From the NCBI GenBank assembly GCA_028288365.1, contig JAQBNU010000098.1, forward strand, positions 92,134-156,133: DNA of 64,000 nucleotides, read 5' to 3'. Made by a program: the position numbers and the translations under genes. The notes beneath the pieces were generated by a model, which saw nothing but the letters and a program-made list of their open reading frames with translations, was not told the origin of the DNA and did not search any database. Below, in pieces: positions 10,955 to 22,651 of the stretch. Origin of the DNA: Chitinophagaceae bacterium. Lineage in GTDB: Bacteria; Bacteroidota; Bacteroidia; Cytophagales; Cytophagaceae. The first letter of the stretch is position 1. Each line of letters starts with the position of its first letter.

Positions 10955-13291
10955 ATGCGTTTTTTAGTTCTTCTATTGGTTAGCTTTTGGTTAGGTTTAT
11001 CCGGAGTTAACGCCCAGCAAAAAAAATATACCGTCAGCGGAAATGTCAAAGCCATGAAAAGTGGTGAAGACATGATCGGTGCCGTCATACAGGTGAAGGA
11101 TCTTGATAAAGGTGCGGCGACTAATGAATATGGATTTTTTTCCTTGACGTTGCCGGAAGGAAACTACACGTTAATCATTTCTTATCTGGGTTATACTAAA
11201 ATTGAAAAGGTCATCACCCTCAACGAGAACATGCGACTCAATATAGACATGGAAGAGGAAGACGAAAATATAGAAGTGATCGTAACCGGAGAAAGAGAAG
11301 ATAAGAATGTGACGGATACTAAAATGAGTGCGCAAACATTGACAGCAGAACAAATTAAAAAACTGCCGGCTCTGTTTGGTGAAGTAGATGTCATTAAAAA
11401 TATACAAACGCTTCCAGGTATTCAGATTGCAGGTGATGGAAATACAGGCTTATATGTAAGAGGTGGTGGCCCTGATCAAAATTTAATTTTAATTGACGAA
11501 GCACCTGTATTCAACGCCTCTCATTTGTTGGGAATTTTTTCTGTGTTCAATTCGGATGCGTTAAAAAGTGCAGAGATTTATAAAGGGGGTGTTCCTGCTC
11601 AGTATGGAGGAAGACTTTCTTCTTTGTTAGACATTCGTACGAGAGATGGGAATAACAAAAAATACGCAGCCTCCGGAGGTATTGGTTTAATTTCTTCGAG
11701 ACTCACGTTAGAAGGTCCTATACAAAAAGAGAAATCGTCTTTTATCATTTCTGCTAGAAGAACGTATGCTGATTTATTTTTGAAATTATCTCCTGATTCC
11801 AAAACGAATAATAACAAGTTATATTTCTACGACATCAATGCCAAAGTCAATTTCAAACTCAACGACAACAACCGTATTTTCTTAGCCGGTTATTTTGGTC
11901 GCGATTTATTTAAGTTCCAGGACTTCTTTAAAATCGGTTGGGGGAATGGCACTGGAACACTGCGATGGAACCATGTGTTCAACGACAGGTTATTCAGCAA
12001 TACATCGCTGGTGTATTCCAACTTTAAATATTCTCAGGATCTCAACTTAGGTGTTCAGTCTTTTACATACAGCACCGGACTTTCTGAAACCACTATCAAA
12101 CAAGACTTCTCTTATTTCCCAAGCACAGCGCATGAAGTGAGTTTCGGTGGTTCTGGTTCGTATAGAAATTACAATCCTGGTACATTTAGTCCCTTGTCTT
12201 CTTCTTCTATTTTCAAAGAAAATAAATTGCCGGATTATAATTCCATTGAAGGATCGATTTACCTGAGTGATAAATATAAAATTACACACCGCATCACAGT
12301 GGAAGCCGGCTTGCGCTACACACGTTTTGCAACCGTTGGTCCAGGCACGGTATATACCTATAATGGTGAGATTAAAAAAGAAAACATTGCAGACACCCTT
12401 CATTACAAAGCCTGGCAAAACATTCAAACTTACGGAGGACTTGAACCACGGGTGTCAGGTCGTTACCTGATCAATGAAAACAGTTCCTTCAAAGCTAGCT
12501 ATAATCGAATGTACCAATACATTCACCTGATCTCGAATGCGCTTTCTCCTTTGCCATTCAACATGTGGGTGCCGAGTAATAATTATTTCAAACCGGCTTA
12601 TGCAGATCAAATCGCAGGTGGATATTTTAGAAATTTTAAAGAAAATAAATTCGAAGCTTCTGCTGAAGTCTATTATAAAAACATGCACAATGTATTAGAC
12701 TATATTGACAATGCTGATTTGACTTTGAATCCACAAATTGAAACACAAGTGAAAGCAGGAAGATCCTGGTCTTATGGGTTGGAATTATACATCAAGAAGA
12801 ACACGGGAAAAACTACAGGGTGGATTTCTTACACCTTGTCTAAAACACAACGGCAAATCAATGGCATCAATGGCGACAGACCTTATGCCGCGAGTTATGA
12901 CAGAAGACATAATTTGAATGTCGTTGTCTTGCATGAATTCAATGACCGTTATAGTTTGTCCGCTACTTTTGTATACGGCACAGGACGTCCGATGGGCTTG
13001 CCTTCCGGTCGATTTGAATACGACGGATATGTAGGCGGTTCTTACCCCGATAGAAACTCCGTGCGTTTGAAAGCCTACAACAGAATGGACGTTTCCTTTA
13101 CGATTACTCCACGGAAAAATAAAAACAGAAAATGGAAAGGCAGCTGGAATATTTCTGTGTACAATATTTATGGAAGAAAAAATCCATGGACAGTTTATAC
13201 CACGGACAAGTCAGATGGCAGCGGAAAAGAATTGACCATGTTGTATTTCCCGGCACCTATTCCTTCCATCACATATAATTTTAATTTCTAA
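10955..13291 (+). CDS. TonB-dependent outer-membrane receptor with N-terminal carboxypeptidase-regulatory-like domain
   Basis: Signal peptide. CarbopepD_reg-like segment (YTVSGNV...GNYTLIISYLGYTKIEKVITL). Plug region (DVIKNIQTLPGIQ). Beta-barrel ending in an aromatic C-terminal residue (FNF). Confidence 0.85.
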   Translation: MRFLVLLLVSFWLGLSGVNAQQKKYTVSGNVKAMKSGEDMIGAVIQVKDLDKGAATNEYGFFSLTLPEGNYTLIISYLGYTKIEKVITLNENMRLNIDMEEEDENIEVIVTGEREDKNVTDTKMSAQTLTAEQIKKLPALFGEVDVIKNIQTLPGIQIAGDGNTGLYVRGGGPDQNLILIDEAPVFNASHLLGIFSVFNSDALKSAEIYKGGVPAQYGGRLSSLLDIRTRDGNNKKYAASGGIGLISSRLTLEGPIQKEKSSFIISARRTYADLFLKLSPDSKTNNNKLYFYDINAKVNFKLNDNNRIFLAGYFGRDLFKFQDFFKIGWGNGTGTLRWNHVFNDRLFSNTSLVYSNFKYSQDLNLGVQSFTYSTGLSETTIKQDFSYFPSTAHEVSFGGSGSYRNYNPGTFSPLSSSSIFKENKLPDYNSIEGSIYLSDKYKITHRITVEAGLRYTRFATVGPGTVYTYNGEIKKENIADTLHYKAWQNIQTYGGLEPRVSGRYLINENSSFKASYNRMYQYIHLISNALSPLPFNMWVPSNNYFKPAYADQIAGGYFRNFKENKFEASAEVYYKNMHNVLDYIDNADLTLNPQIETQVKAGRSWSYGLELYIKKNTGKTTGWISYTLSKTQRQINGINGDRPYAASYDRRHNLNVVVLHEFNDRYSLSATFVYGTGRPMGLPSGRFEYDGYVGGSYPDRNSVRLKAYNRMDVSFTITPRKNKNRKWKGSWNISVYNIYGRKNPWTVYTTDKSDGSGKELTMLYFPAPIPSITYNFNF

Positions 13292-13293
13292 TC

Positions 13294-14103
13294 GTGATGA
13301 AAAAGATCTATCAGGCATTCGTTTTGTTTTTTATTGCACACCTTTTATTCTCGTGTACGAAAGTAGTCGACTATGATTTGGTATCGGAAGATCCTAAGAC
13401 AGTCATCGAATCTCGCATCATCAAAGATTCATTTGCCATCGCGCGCATCACTACTACGGCGCCTTACCTGGCTAATGAACCTACACCGATTGTAGACAAC
13501 GCATTCATTGTGATTTCTGATAATGTAGGAAACAAAGACACATTGAATTATATCGGTAATGGGTTCTATAGAGGAGATGACATCATCGGTAATACCGCTA
13601 ATATCTATACCTTGTCTGTCAGTGCAAGAGGTAAGGTACACGTAGCCACTACGTCTATACCGGATACCGTTTCTTTTTCCATTACAGGGGCAAATTATAA
13701 AGATGGTACAACAGGATTTGAGAAAAAAGGATATTATCCAACCATACAGGCAACACTTCCTGCAGGGGATAGCTATTACTTATTCAAGTATTATAAAAAC
13801 GATAGTTTGTACAGAAGAGATAATTCCTCACTCTATATTACCGATAGTAGATTTGTAGGAACAAATATTCAAGGTTATGAAACACCGCAACCTTATCAAA
13901 TCAATGACGTCGCAAAAATTAATATTTATACGCTAACAAAGGAAGCGTATAATTTCTATAACGACCTCGATGCTCAACTCAACAATGACGGTGGTTTCTT
14001 CTCTACTCCTCCTGCCAATACCAGTACTAATTTTAGTAATGGACCTATCGGGTTATTTCAGGGATCGTCGCTGAGTACACACAGCGTCACGGTTACTCCT
14101 TAA
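13294..14103 (+). CDS. DUF4249-like lipoprotein, partner of the TonB receptor
   Basis: Lipoprotein signal LLFSCTK. Gene immediately follows the receptor. Confidence 0.5.
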   Translation: MMKKIYQAFVLFFIAHLLFSCTKVVDYDLVSEDPKTVIESRIIKDSFAIARITTTAPYLANEPTPIVDNAFIVISDNVGNKDTLNYIGNGFYRGDDIIGNTANIYTLSVSARGKVHVATTSIPDTVSFSITGANYKDGTTGFEKKGYYPTIQATLPAGDSYYLFKYYKNDSLYRRDNSSLYITDSRFVGTNIQGYETPQPYQINDVAKINIYTLTKEAYNFYNDLDAQLNNDGGFFSTPPANTSTNFSNGPIGLFQGSSLSTHSVTVTP

Positions 14104-15833
14104 ACAGAGGCGTTCAGCGCGATCACGAAAGTACTGCCTACACCAAATTCAGATTCGATGCTGATCTGACCACCTTGTGCTTCAATAAATTCTTTACTGA
14201 TGGCTAGTCCAAGACCTGTGCCTTCTGTTTGTGAACCAGGAATCCGGAAGTAACGGTCAAATATTTTTTCTTTGTATTGAGGAGCGATTCCTTGTCCGGT
14301 ATCTTTCACACTGTAATATATTTTACCTTCCTTATATTCTACGCGAAGAAAGACAGTAGAATATTCATGCGAGTAACGAATGGCATTAGATAAAATATTG
14401 GTAATAACCCATGCCGTTTTTTCTCCATCGGTGATTACTTCCGGTATCTGATCTGGATAAGAAACGTTCACGTTAATGTGCTTTTGTTCGGCTTGTACTT
14501 TATTGGCATTGATTGCATAGTTCAATATTTCGATCGTATTACTCGGTCGAATGCTGAGCTGAATGTTGCCGCTCTCCAGTTGAGTGATGTTCAGTAGCTC
14601 CCCGGTGATCTTTAGCAATCTACTCGTATCGTCCTGTATGCTTTCCAGCAACTGTTCCTGCTCTTTGTTGAGTGTTCCTGTTTTTTTATTCGAGATCAAT
14701 TGCAAACTCATACCGATAGAAGCGATCGGTGTTTTTAATTCATGAGAAACGGTGGAAATGAAATTGGTTTTAGCGACATCTAATTCTTTAAAGGAAGTAA
14801 TGTTTTTTAGAATGATGACATGACCAATGAGTTCTTCTGTTTGCTCACCGGTAGGTGTGATGACAATATCCAATAATTCTTTTTCAAAATAACTTTCCTT
14901 TCCGTTGGCAAATATTTTTTCGTAAGGCTTTTGGGTTTTATTGGGATTACCTGCGTGCATTAAATCGTTGACCAGTGAACGCATCAGATCGTTAGTCAAT
15001 GATAATTTCAAAGCGCTTTTACCTAAAATATTTTCCAGTGTAGTTCCCAGTATTTTCAATGCTTCATGATTAGCAAAAAGAATAATCTTTTCCTGGTCTA
15101 ATCCTATCACAGGATCGGTCATATTGTTGATCAGTGTTTCAATTCTTTTTTTCTCAAAGAGCAGCTGAGACAATGTACTGTTGTTGTACTCTTCTAATTT
15201 CTGCGCCATTTTGTTGAAGGCATTGGCGAGTTCTCCATATTCGCTGTGGTCTTCGAAATGTACACGCTGTGTATATTTCTGATCGGCTATTTGTTTGATG
15301 CTCTCTGTCAGTTCCTGTATAGGATTGGCAATGTTGCGTGGAAGATTGATCAATAAAGTGAATGCTACAAGAAAACACAAAGTGCCGGCAATTGCAATCC
15401 AGAATGTCGCTGTCTTGGCTGTCTTACCAGCGATCAGGCTTTTTCGCTGGATGGCTTGCATATTGAGTCGCATGATTTCGGAAATATCAGAACGAATCGT
15501 TTGTTTCAAGGAGATTTCTTTCGTATCCACTTTTAATTTCTGAAAATGATCCGCTACTTTTTGTGTGGTTTCTTTTTCTCCAATTTCACTGATGTTGTGT
15601 TTTTGTTTTTCAAGACTTTCTTCAAAGCGATGGATAGCTGTTGGATCGGATTCGATCTCATCTAAAGCAATCAGCATGGAGCGAGAATATTCCAGCGTAT
15701 TGTAATTGGCTGCTAGTATATTTTCGGTATCGTTTTTAAGTGCATTGATATACCATGCACCAATAAAGGAGAGGAGAACGATCATCAGGAAAAGAAGACC
15801 GACACCAAGTGTAAGTTTAAATTTTATTTTCAT
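14100..15833 (-). CDS. kdpD: Sensor histidine kinase (kinase half of split KdpD): 2 TM, HAMP, PAS-like, HisKA, HATPase_c
   Basis: H-box VSHELKTP. N, G1 and G2 boxes (NILSNAIRYS, DTGQGI, GTGLGLAISK). Start overlaps the stop of the KdpD sensor-domain gene. Confidence 0.85.
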   Translation of the reverse strand: MKIKFKLTLGVGLLFLMIVLLSFIGAWYINALKNDTENILAANYNTLEYSRSMLIALDEIESDPTAIHRFEESLEKQKHNISEIGEKETTQKVADHFQKLKVDTKEISLKQTIRSDISEIMRLNMQAIQRKSLIAGKTAKTATFWIAIAGTLCFLVAFTLLINLPRNIANPIQELTESIKQIADQKYTQRVHFEDHSEYGELANAFNKMAQKLEEYNNSTLSQLLFEKKRIETLINNMTDPVIGLDQEKIILFANHEALKILGTTLENILGKSALKLSLTNDLMRSLVNDLMHAGNPNKTQKPYEKIFANGKESYFEKELLDIVITPTGEQTEELIGHVIILKNITSFKELDVAKTNFISTVSHELKTPIASIGMSLQLISNKKTGTLNKEQEQLLESIQDDTSRLLKITGELLNITQLESGNIQLSIRPSNTIEILNYAINANKVQAEQKHINVNVSYPDQIPEVITDGEKTAWVITNILSNAIRYSHEYSTVFLRVEYKEGKIYYSVKDTGQGIAPQYKEKIFDRYFRIPGSQTEGTGLGLAISKEFIEAQGGQISIESEFGVGSTFVIALNASV

Positions 15834-16957
15834 TAAGAGAGAATGACAAGATCAGTTTGGGAAGAAGATAATTTCTTGAGCAATTTGTTGAATAGGGTAG
15901 TGGATAAAATGACTTTAAATAAATTCAAATGTGGTTTGCCAATACAGAGTATCGTGATTTGATGCTGTTCCGTGACTTCTACTATACAGTCTGAAACGTG
16001 TTTTGTTTCTTTGCGAATCACCTCGGCTCCTAATTCGGTGGCTAATTTAAAATTATTGATGAGATGTCTTTGTTTATCTAATGCAATGCGGTCACTGCTT
16101 TCTTTGGGTGTCTGTACGTATAAAACAAACCATTTACTGTTGTAATAACTCGCTAGCCTTGCCGTCTTGCGAATGATATTTTTTGCTGTTTTATCATTGC
16201 TACTGATACAAGCCAATAGTTTTTCATGACGTAAACCACTAGTTCTTGGAATTTCATTTTCTACTTTTCGTTCTACTTGGCTGGCTACTTCTTTTAATGC
16301 CAGTTCACGCAATTGTAAAATGTGCTCTGATTTGAAAAAATTAGTTAGCGCCGTTTGTATTTTATCAGCGGCATAAATCTTTCCGTCTTTCAATCGAAGA
16401 ATAAGTTCATCTGCTGTCAAATCGATGTTCACTACTTCATCTGCCATTTGCAACACTTTATCAGGAATACGTTCTTTTACTTCAATGCCAGTAATGCGTT
16501 TTATTTCTTCATTCAAACTTTCAATGTGTTGAATATTAACTGCACTGATTACGTTGATACCGGCTTCCATTATTTCTACCACATCCTGCCAACGCTTTTC
16601 GTTCTTGCTTCCTTCGATGTTGGTATGTGCCAGTTCGTCTATGATCACGACTTCCGGTCGCAGGTTAATGACAGCCTGCACGTCCAGTTCTTCCAGCTCC
16701 TTGCCTTTGTAAAATAGTTTTCTTCGGGGGACAAGAGGTAAGCCTTCCAGTTGTGCAACGGTTTCTTTTCTGTTGTGTGTTTCTATAAAGCCAATCTTAA
16801 CATCTATGCCATTTTTCAACAAGGATTGAGCTTCCTGCAACATGCGAAATGTTTTGCCTACACCAGCACTCATGCCGATGTAGATTTTAAATTTCCCTCT
16901 TCTCGATTTTTTTATGAGGTCAAGAAAATGTTGTACGTTCTGCTCTTTCTCTGTCAT
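15833..16957 (-). CDS. kdpD: KdpD N-terminal sensor domain plus universal stress protein domain (sensor half of split KdpD)
   Basis: RGKFKIYIGMSAGVGKTFRMLQEAQ...ETHNRKET...IIDELAHTN...KRWQDVVEIMEAGINVISAVNIQHIESLNE matches the KdpD N-terminal domain. A Usp-like C-terminus follows. No transmitter domain. Confidence 0.9.
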   Translation of the reverse strand: MTEKEQNVQHFLDLIKKSRRGKFKIYIGMSAGVGKTFRMLQEAQSLLKNGIDVKIGFIETHNRKETVAQLEGLPLVPRRKLFYKGKELEELDVQAVINLRPEVVIIDELAHTNIEGSKNEKRWQDVVEIMEAGINVISAVNIQHIESLNEEIKRITGIEVKERIPDKVLQMADEVVNIDLTADELILRLKDGKIYAADKIQTALTNFFKSEHILQLRELALKEVASQVERKVENEIPRTSGLRHEKLLACISSNDKTAKNIIRKTARLASYYNSKWFVLYVQTPKESSDRIALDKQRHLINNFKLATELGAEVIRKETKHVSDCIVEVTEQHQITILCIGKPHLNLFKVILSTTLFNKLLKKLSSSQTDLVILS

Positions 16958-16960
16958 GGA

Positions 16961-18109
16961 TTAAAACCAAAGGGTGAGATTTGAAATGAACCAGGCATTG
17001 GTATTTGTACTGCTGCCTGTATCCGTTTGATATATTTCTTTGTCCGATAGGAAGTAGCGTGTTTCTATTCTATACATGGCGTATTCAAATAGCTTTACAT
17101 TTAAACACAAGCCAGCGCTGGATGTATTGAATCCACTGGCATTGGTGATAGGACTTATCATGACCTGGTGAGGGTCGTTAAAGTATTCTACTCTTCCAGA
17201 CAGAGATACTTTGCTAGATACTTTTACACGCGCTGTAAAATTTGCCTGCCACCATACGTCACCGGTGATGGTATTTTTTATTGTATCTTTTTTTTCTTGA
17301 ATGCCAATGTATGCACAAGAAGTAATGCTTAACTTTCCATCAGGATTGTAAATCCAATAGAGATCAGTAAAGTAACGTGTTCTATAATCAGGATGAATAA
17401 GAGAACTTTCATCGCCGATGTAAGTATTCCAGTTGATGAGGTTTTTATTATTAGGCCTATATTCCAATTGTGTTCCGATAGATTTTCCTGTATTCTGATC
17501 TTGTATTTGTTGCCATCCGTTTAATAAGTACAAATAGCCTATGATTTTTTTACTTAACGGCGCTGTAACTTTTGCTCCTGCCAAATAGTAGGGAACGTTT
17601 TCAGCACCTAGGGATCGGGTATACATTAAGTGATCTCTGGAGATGGCACTTTCATTGGTGTAAGGAGAGCCCAGTATTCCAAAATCTATCCAAATATTTT
17701 TCTTGTCGAAAATTTTGACGCCGGCGCTTGCTTCTACAATGTTTTTTAACAGCCCTTGTTCTGCAGAATAATTGGCATTCATATATGTTCCAAACCCTGG
17801 CACAAAACGACCACGCAATCTTCTGTCGTTGAAGCGGACATCGATATAGGCTAAGTTAATAGTCGCTTCATTGTGTCTGTTCATATTTACAAAGTAAGCG
17901 ATATTACCAGTTCTAGGTTGCGCCGTATTGAATCCGTAATATCCATCTATGTAGGCACCTACTGTAATTTTATTTAGATGTTCCCCTCCCGTCGTATCCA
18001 TAACACCTGTGTTTGAAACTTGTGAATAGACTGTAGTAGATAATAAAAACGATAGGATGAATACAGTAGTTTTTCTTAAAACGTACGTTTGATTGGCGGC
18101 AGAATACAC
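16961..18109 (-). CDS. Outer-membrane porin associated with the kdp operon
   Basis: Signal peptide. Beta-strand-rich sequence ending LTLWF. Position between kdpC and kdpD. Confidence 0.6.
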   Translation of the reverse strand: MYSAANQTYVLRKTTVFILSFLLSTTVYSQVSNTGVMDTTGGEHLNKITVGAYIDGYYGFNTAQPRTGNIAYFVNMNRHNEATINLAYIDVRFNDRRLRGRFVPGFGTYMNANYSAEQGLLKNIVEASAGVKIFDKKNIWIDFGILGSPYTNESAISRDHLMYTRSLGAENVPYYLAGAKVTAPLSKKIIGYLYLLNGWQQIQDQNTGKSIGTQLEYRPNNKNLINWNTYIGDESSLIHPDYRTRYFTDLYWIYNPDGKLSITSCAYIGIQEKKDTIKNTITGDVWWQANFTARVKVSSKVSLSGRVEYFNDPHQVMISPITNASGFNTSSAGLCLNVKLFEYAMYRIETRYFLSDKEIYQTDTGSSTNTNAWFISNLTLWF

Positions 18110-18223
18110 AATTCAATATTTAGAACGATCAATTATTTTATTCTAAATATACTAAGAATTAGCATTCATGCTACGGTCTACCGGTGTTGGATTGGCAACG
18201 ATAATGGTTTTGTAGATGGTATA

Positions 18224-18781
18224 TTAAAGTTGTTCCAGTTTAAGGTTTAAACGCAATACGTTTACTTTCTCGGGTCCAAATAATCCAAGGAAAGGTTTTT
18301 CAATACATTCATTCACCACGTTGTTTATTTTTTCTTCTGTCAGATGTCGTTTGTTGGCAATGCGTTTCACTTGAATTCTTGCCGCCTCAGGTGAAATGTG
18401 AGGATCGAGTCCGCTACCACTGGCTGTAATGAGATCAACGGGAATGTCAAATTTTTTGATGCCAGGATTATGAACCATAAAGGTGTCGATTCGGCTTTGT
18501 ACCAATGCAAGGTAGTCTGCATTAGAAGGACCTTTGTTGCTCCCGCATGAACCGGCGGCATTGTAAGACACAGCAGAAGGACGGCTCCAGAAATACTGAT
18601 CGGAATAAAAGGCTTGTCCTATGTTTTCATAGTATATGTGATCTCTGTCTTTCACCACAAAACCTTTTCCCTGGTTAGGAGAAAATTGTGCAATACCCCA
18701 TATCAGCGAAGTATAAATTCCAGAGAAGAAAAGAATACAAATCAAGGATAATTTGATGGCTGGTAAAATATGTTCTTTCAT
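18224..18781 (-). CDS. kdpC: Potassium-transporting ATPase subunit C
   Basis: The ORF track extends to 18856, but the likely start is MKEHILPAIK at 18781, 10 nt after the kdpB stop. Single N-terminal TM helix plus KdpC soluble-domain motifs. Confidence 0.85.
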   Translation of the reverse strand: MKEHILPAIKLSLICILFFSGIYTSLIWGIAQFSPNQGKGFVVKDRDHIYYENIGQAFYSDQYFWSRPSAVSYNAAGSCGSNKGPSNADYLALVQSRIDTFMVHNPGIKKFDIPVDLITASGSGLDPHISPEAARIQVKRIANKRHLTEEKINNVVNECIEKPFLGLFGPEKVNVLRLNLKLEQL

Positions 18782-18791
18782 AGTGGTAAGA

Positions 18792-20840
18792 TTAAAGTGC
18801 AATGGAAATGAGCATGTCGATGAGTTTGATGCCAATGAAAGGCGCGATGAGTCCACCTATACCATAAACAAATAAATTTCTCCTGAGTAAAGCCGAAGCA
18901 CCGATGGGTTTATAGGCTACTCCTTTTAAGGCAAGAGGAATCAATAGAGGAATGATGATGGCATTAAAGATGATCGCTGAAAGGATAGCGCTTTCAGGAC
19001 TGCTTAACTTCATAATATTTAATCCTTGTAAAGCAGGAATAGACACCACAAACAAAGCCGGTACGATCGCAAAATATTTAGCGACATCATTCGCGATACT
19101 GAAAGTTGTGAGCGTTCCTCTGGTCATCAATAATTGTTTTCCGATTTCTACAATCTCGATCAATTTGGTTGGATCGTTATCCAGGTCCACCATGTTGCCC
19201 GCTTCTTTGGCTGCTTGCGTTCCGCTATTCATGGCTACTCCCACGTCTGCTTGCGCCAATGCCGGTGCATCGTTGGTCCCATCACCCATCATAGCGACAA
19301 GTTTGCCTAGTTGTTGTTCTTTGCGGATGTATTCCATTTTGTCTTCAGGCTTGGCTTCCGCGATGTAATCGTCTACTCCTGCTTTTTCTGCAATGTATTT
19401 TGCCGTAAGAGGATTATCGCCGGTCACCATCACGGTCTTCACCCCCATTTTTCTAAGCCTTTCAAATCGATCATGAATACCGGGCTTGATGATGTCTTGC
19501 AGTTCAATGACACCAAGTACCTCCTCGTTTTCTGTGACGACAAGAGGTGTACCTCCGCTATTGGCGATTTTACTTGCGGTCTGTTGAGCAAACGTTGGAA
19601 AGGTATGGCCTGCGCTTTCGGTGATTTTTTTTATCGCATCTGTAGCTCCTTTACGAATTCGTTGGTTCGGTAAATCTATACCACTGGATCTTGTTTCTGC
19701 GGAAAACTTGATAAGCGTCACGCTTGTTAAATCATAAATGGGCAAGGCATTTCCTTGTTCGCGGGCCAACTCAACGATTGATTTGCCTTCGGGTGTTTCG
19801 TCAGCCAGAGAAGAAAGTAAACAGGCTTCCAGAAATCTTTTTTCCTGAACGGTAGGTACCGGATAAAAATTAGTAGCCTTTCTATTTCCGATGGTAATTG
19901 TTCCTGTTTTATCCAATAACAGTACATCGATGTCACCGGCCGTCTCTACTGCTTTACCTGATTTGGTAATGACATTTGCACGCAAGGCTCTGTCCATGCC
20001 CGCTATACCGATAGCAGACAATAAACCTCCAATGGTAGTAGGGATCAGGCAAACAAACAGCGCAATAAAAGAAGCGATGGTAATCGGAGTATTGGCGTAA
20101 TCTGCAAAGGGCTTTAAGGTAATGGTGACAATAATAAACACCAATGTAAAACCGGCGAGTAAGATGGTTAAGGCAATTTCATTTGGAGTTTTCTGACGAC
20201 TTGCGCCTTCAACCAAAGCAATCATTTTATCCAGAAAACTTTCTCCTGGTTCTGTTGTCACTCTCACTTTAATTTTGTCTGACAATACTTTTGTTCCACC
20301 AGTTACTGAACTCTTATCACCACCTGCTTCCCTTATCACCGGTGCACTTTCTCCCGTGATAGCGCTTTCATCGATGGTCGCTAATCCTTCTACAATTTCT
20401 CCGTCGGTCGGTATGATGTCGCCGGTTTCACAAATGAAGCAATCTCCTTTTCGTAATTCGGAAGAAGACACTATTTTTATTTCATTCATGTACAATCCAC
20501 CTACTGGGTCAATTTTTTTAGCGGGTGTTTCTTCTCTTGTTTTTCGTAAACTGTCTGCTTGCGCTTTACCACGTGCTTCTGCAATGGCTTCAGCGAAGTT
20601 GGCAAAAAGTAATGTGATGAAGAGTACAAGGAGTACAATGATATTATGTGTCAAACTTCCTTGCGAAGTTTCACCGGAAGCGATCCACAGACACACAATA
20701 AACATGACTGCTGTTCCAATCTCTACGGTAAACATCACCGGATTGCGAAACATGATCCTGGGATTTAATTTAACGAAGGATTGTTTCAATGCTTGAAGCA
20801 TCTGGTCTTTTTGAAATAGTGAAGTATTGTTACGTTCCAT
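18792..20840 (-). CDS. kdpB: Potassium-transporting P-type ATPase subunit B
   Basis: DKTGTIT phosphorylation motif, [16 protein letters not shown]. 682 aa. Confidence 0.97.
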   Translation of the reverse strand: MERNNTSLFQKDQMLQALKQSFVKLNPRIMFRNPVMFTVEIGTAVMFIVCLWIASGETSQGSLTHNIIVLLVLFITLLFANFAEAIAEARGKAQADSLRKTREETPAKKIDPVGGLYMNEIKIVSSSELRKGDCFICETGDIIPTDGEIVEGLATIDESAITGESAPVIREAGGDKSSVTGGTKVLSDKIKVRVTTEPGESFLDKMIALVEGASRQKTPNEIALTILLAGFTLVFIIVTITLKPFADYANTPITIASFIALFVCLIPTTIGGLLSAIGIAGMDRALRANVITKSGKAVETAGDIDVLLLDKTGTITIGNRKATNFYPVPTVQEKRFLEACLLSSLADETPEGKSIVELAREQGNALPIYDLTSVTLIKFSAETRSSGIDLPNQRIRKGATDAIKKITESAGHTFPTFAQQTASKIANSGGTPLVVTENEEVLGVIELQDIIKPGIHDRFERLRKMGVKTVMVTGDNPLTAKYIAEKAGVDDYIAEAKPEDKMEYIRKEQQLGKLVAMMGDGTNDAPALAQADVGVAMNSGTQAAKEAGNMVDLDNDPTKLIEIVEIGKQLLMTRGTLTTFSIANDVAKYFAIVPALFVVSIPALQGLNIMKLSSPESAILSAIIFNAIIIPLLIPLALKGVAYKPIGASALLRRNLFVYGIGGLIAPFIGIKLIDMLISIAL

Positions 20841-20852
20841 GGTTTCTGGGAA

Positions 20853-22559
20853 TTAGAAGGAATACAAAGAGAAATATTCTGCAATAGGTCCTAATGTTAA
20901 TGCGGGGAAGAATGATAACGCAGTGATAATAACCATCACGGCGAATACCATCAAGCCAAATGTACCGGTGTCTGTTTTTAATGTACCGGCACTTTCAGGA
21001 ATGTATTTTTTGTTGGCCAATATTCCCGCAATAGCTATGGGACCTATGATGGGAATGAAACGAGATAGTAATAATATAATTCCGGTGCTGATGTTCCACC
21101 AAGGTGTGTTGTCTCCCAAGCCTTCGAATCCACTACCGTTGTTGGCAGATGAAGAGGTATACTCATAAAGCATTTCGCTGAAGCCATGAAACCCTGGATT
21201 GTTCAACCATCCGATATCAGGATGCAAGGTGAAAATAAATGCAGCGAGTGCCGTACCTCCAAGGATAAGGAACGTGTGAAACAAAGCAACAATCATTGCA
21301 ATCTTTACTTCACGTGCTTCAATTTTTTTACCCATAAATTCAGGTGTACGACCCACCATCAATCCACTGATAAATACACCGAGTATAATGAAGATGTAGA
21401 AGTTTAATACACCTACACCGCAACCTCCGTAGATCGCATTCACCATCATGGACAGTAATTGTGTCAATCCCGATACAGGCATGGTACTGTCGTGCATCGC
21501 GTTGACTGAACCGGTAGAAATAACAGTAGTGATAATGCTCCAATAAGCAGAGGCTGCTGCACCGAAACGGATTTCTTTTCCTTCCATGGCTCCGAGGGAT
21601 TGATCCACGTGCATGGCGTCGATGGCTGGGTTCCCTTGTACTTCAGAGATGATGGTAGGTATCACTAAAAGTGCAAATCCTAAAGTCATGACACTGAAAA
21701 TCATCCAGGACAATCTTTTCCTTTTTAAATAAAATCCCAATGCAAAAATCATGGCGAATGGAATGATGGTTTGCGCTATCATCTCGACAATGTTTGTGAA
21801 GTAATCAGGATTCTCAAACGGATGCGCAGAGTTTACACCAAAGAAGCCACCACCATTTGTCCCTACGTGTTTGATGGCAACAAAAGCTGCAGCAGGTCCT
21901 CTGGATACTTGCACGGTATCGCCTTCCATGGTGATGATCGAATCTTTACCTTCCCATGTCATCGGTGTTCCTCTGAAAAGCAATATCACGGATACTATAA
22001 CACATAAAGGCAATAGAATACGGGTAGCACTTTTTACAAAGTAATCGTAAAAATTACCAAGCTTATCGGATATCCGTTCTTTCATGGCATTGAACAAGAC
22101 TGCCGCTGCTGCCATACCTGTTGCTGCGGAAACAAATTGCAGAAACATCAACGCGAAAATTTGTGAGAAATACGATACGCCAGATTCTCCAGAATAGTGT
22201 TGCAGGTTGCAATTCACAATAAATGAAATGGAAGTGTTGAAGGCGAGATCAGCACTCATGTTGGGATTACCATCTGGATTGAGTGGTAACCAGGATTGGT
22301 TCATGAGTATAAACATGGCCAACAAAAACCAAATCATATTGATGGTCAGCAAGGCCAACAGGTGTTGCTTCCAGTTCATCTGCCGGCTTGCATCTATACC
22401 ACTCAATCGGAAGAAGGTTCGTTCTATCGGATTGAAAATAGGATCCAATAATGTTTTTTCACCAGCATAGACCCGGGCAATGTATTTGCCTAGCGGAATC
22501 GCCAATACGAAAGAGGCGAGGAAGAAGAGTAATACTCCTAGTAGTTCTGTGTACAACAT
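20853..22559 (-). CDS. kdpA: Potassium-transporting ATPase subunit A
   Basis: 568 aa polytopic protein with KdpA selectivity-filter-like segments (NGGGFF, TSSANNGSGF). Confidence 0.95.
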   Translation of the reverse strand: MLYTELLGVLLFFLASFVLAIPLGKYIARVYAGEKTLLDPIFNPIERTFFRLSGIDASRQMNWKQHLLALLTINMIWFLLAMFILMNQSWLPLNPDGNPNMSADLAFNTSISFIVNCNLQHYSGESGVSYFSQIFALMFLQFVSAATGMAAAAVLFNAMKERISDKLGNFYDYFVKSATRILLPLCVIVSVILLFRGTPMTWEGKDSIITMEGDTVQVSRGPAAAFVAIKHVGTNGGGFFGVNSAHPFENPDYFTNIVEMIAQTIIPFAMIFALGFYLKRKRLSWMIFSVMTLGFALLVIPTIISEVQGNPAIDAMHVDQSLGAMEGKEIRFGAAASAYWSIITTVISTGSVNAMHDSTMPVSGLTQLLSMMVNAIYGGCGVGVLNFYIFIILGVFISGLMVGRTPEFMGKKIEAREVKIAMIVALFHTFLILGGTALAAFIFTLHPDIGWLNNPGFHGFSEMLYEYTSSSANNGSGFEGLGDNTPWWNISTGIILLLSRFIPIIGPIAIAGILANKKYIPESAGTLKTDTGTFGLMVFAVMVIITALSFFPALTLGPIAEYFSLYSF

Positions 22560-22569
22560 AATGATCTTG

Positions 22570-22647
22570 TTAGAATTTTTCAGGTTTTAATAATACATAG
22601 CACATGTATACAAATACCAGCAATGCAACGATGAATAGAGCAGCCAT
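22570..22647 (-). CDS. kdpF: Potassium-transporting ATPase subunit F (25 aa)
   Basis: Manual translation gives MAALFIVALLVFVYMCYVLLKPEKF, a single TM helix with a charged C-terminus. Stop lies 10 nt before the kdpA ATG. Too short for the ORF track. Confidence 0.75.
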   Translation of the reverse strand: MAALFIVALLVFVYMCYVLLKPEKF

Positions 22648-22651
22648 ACGT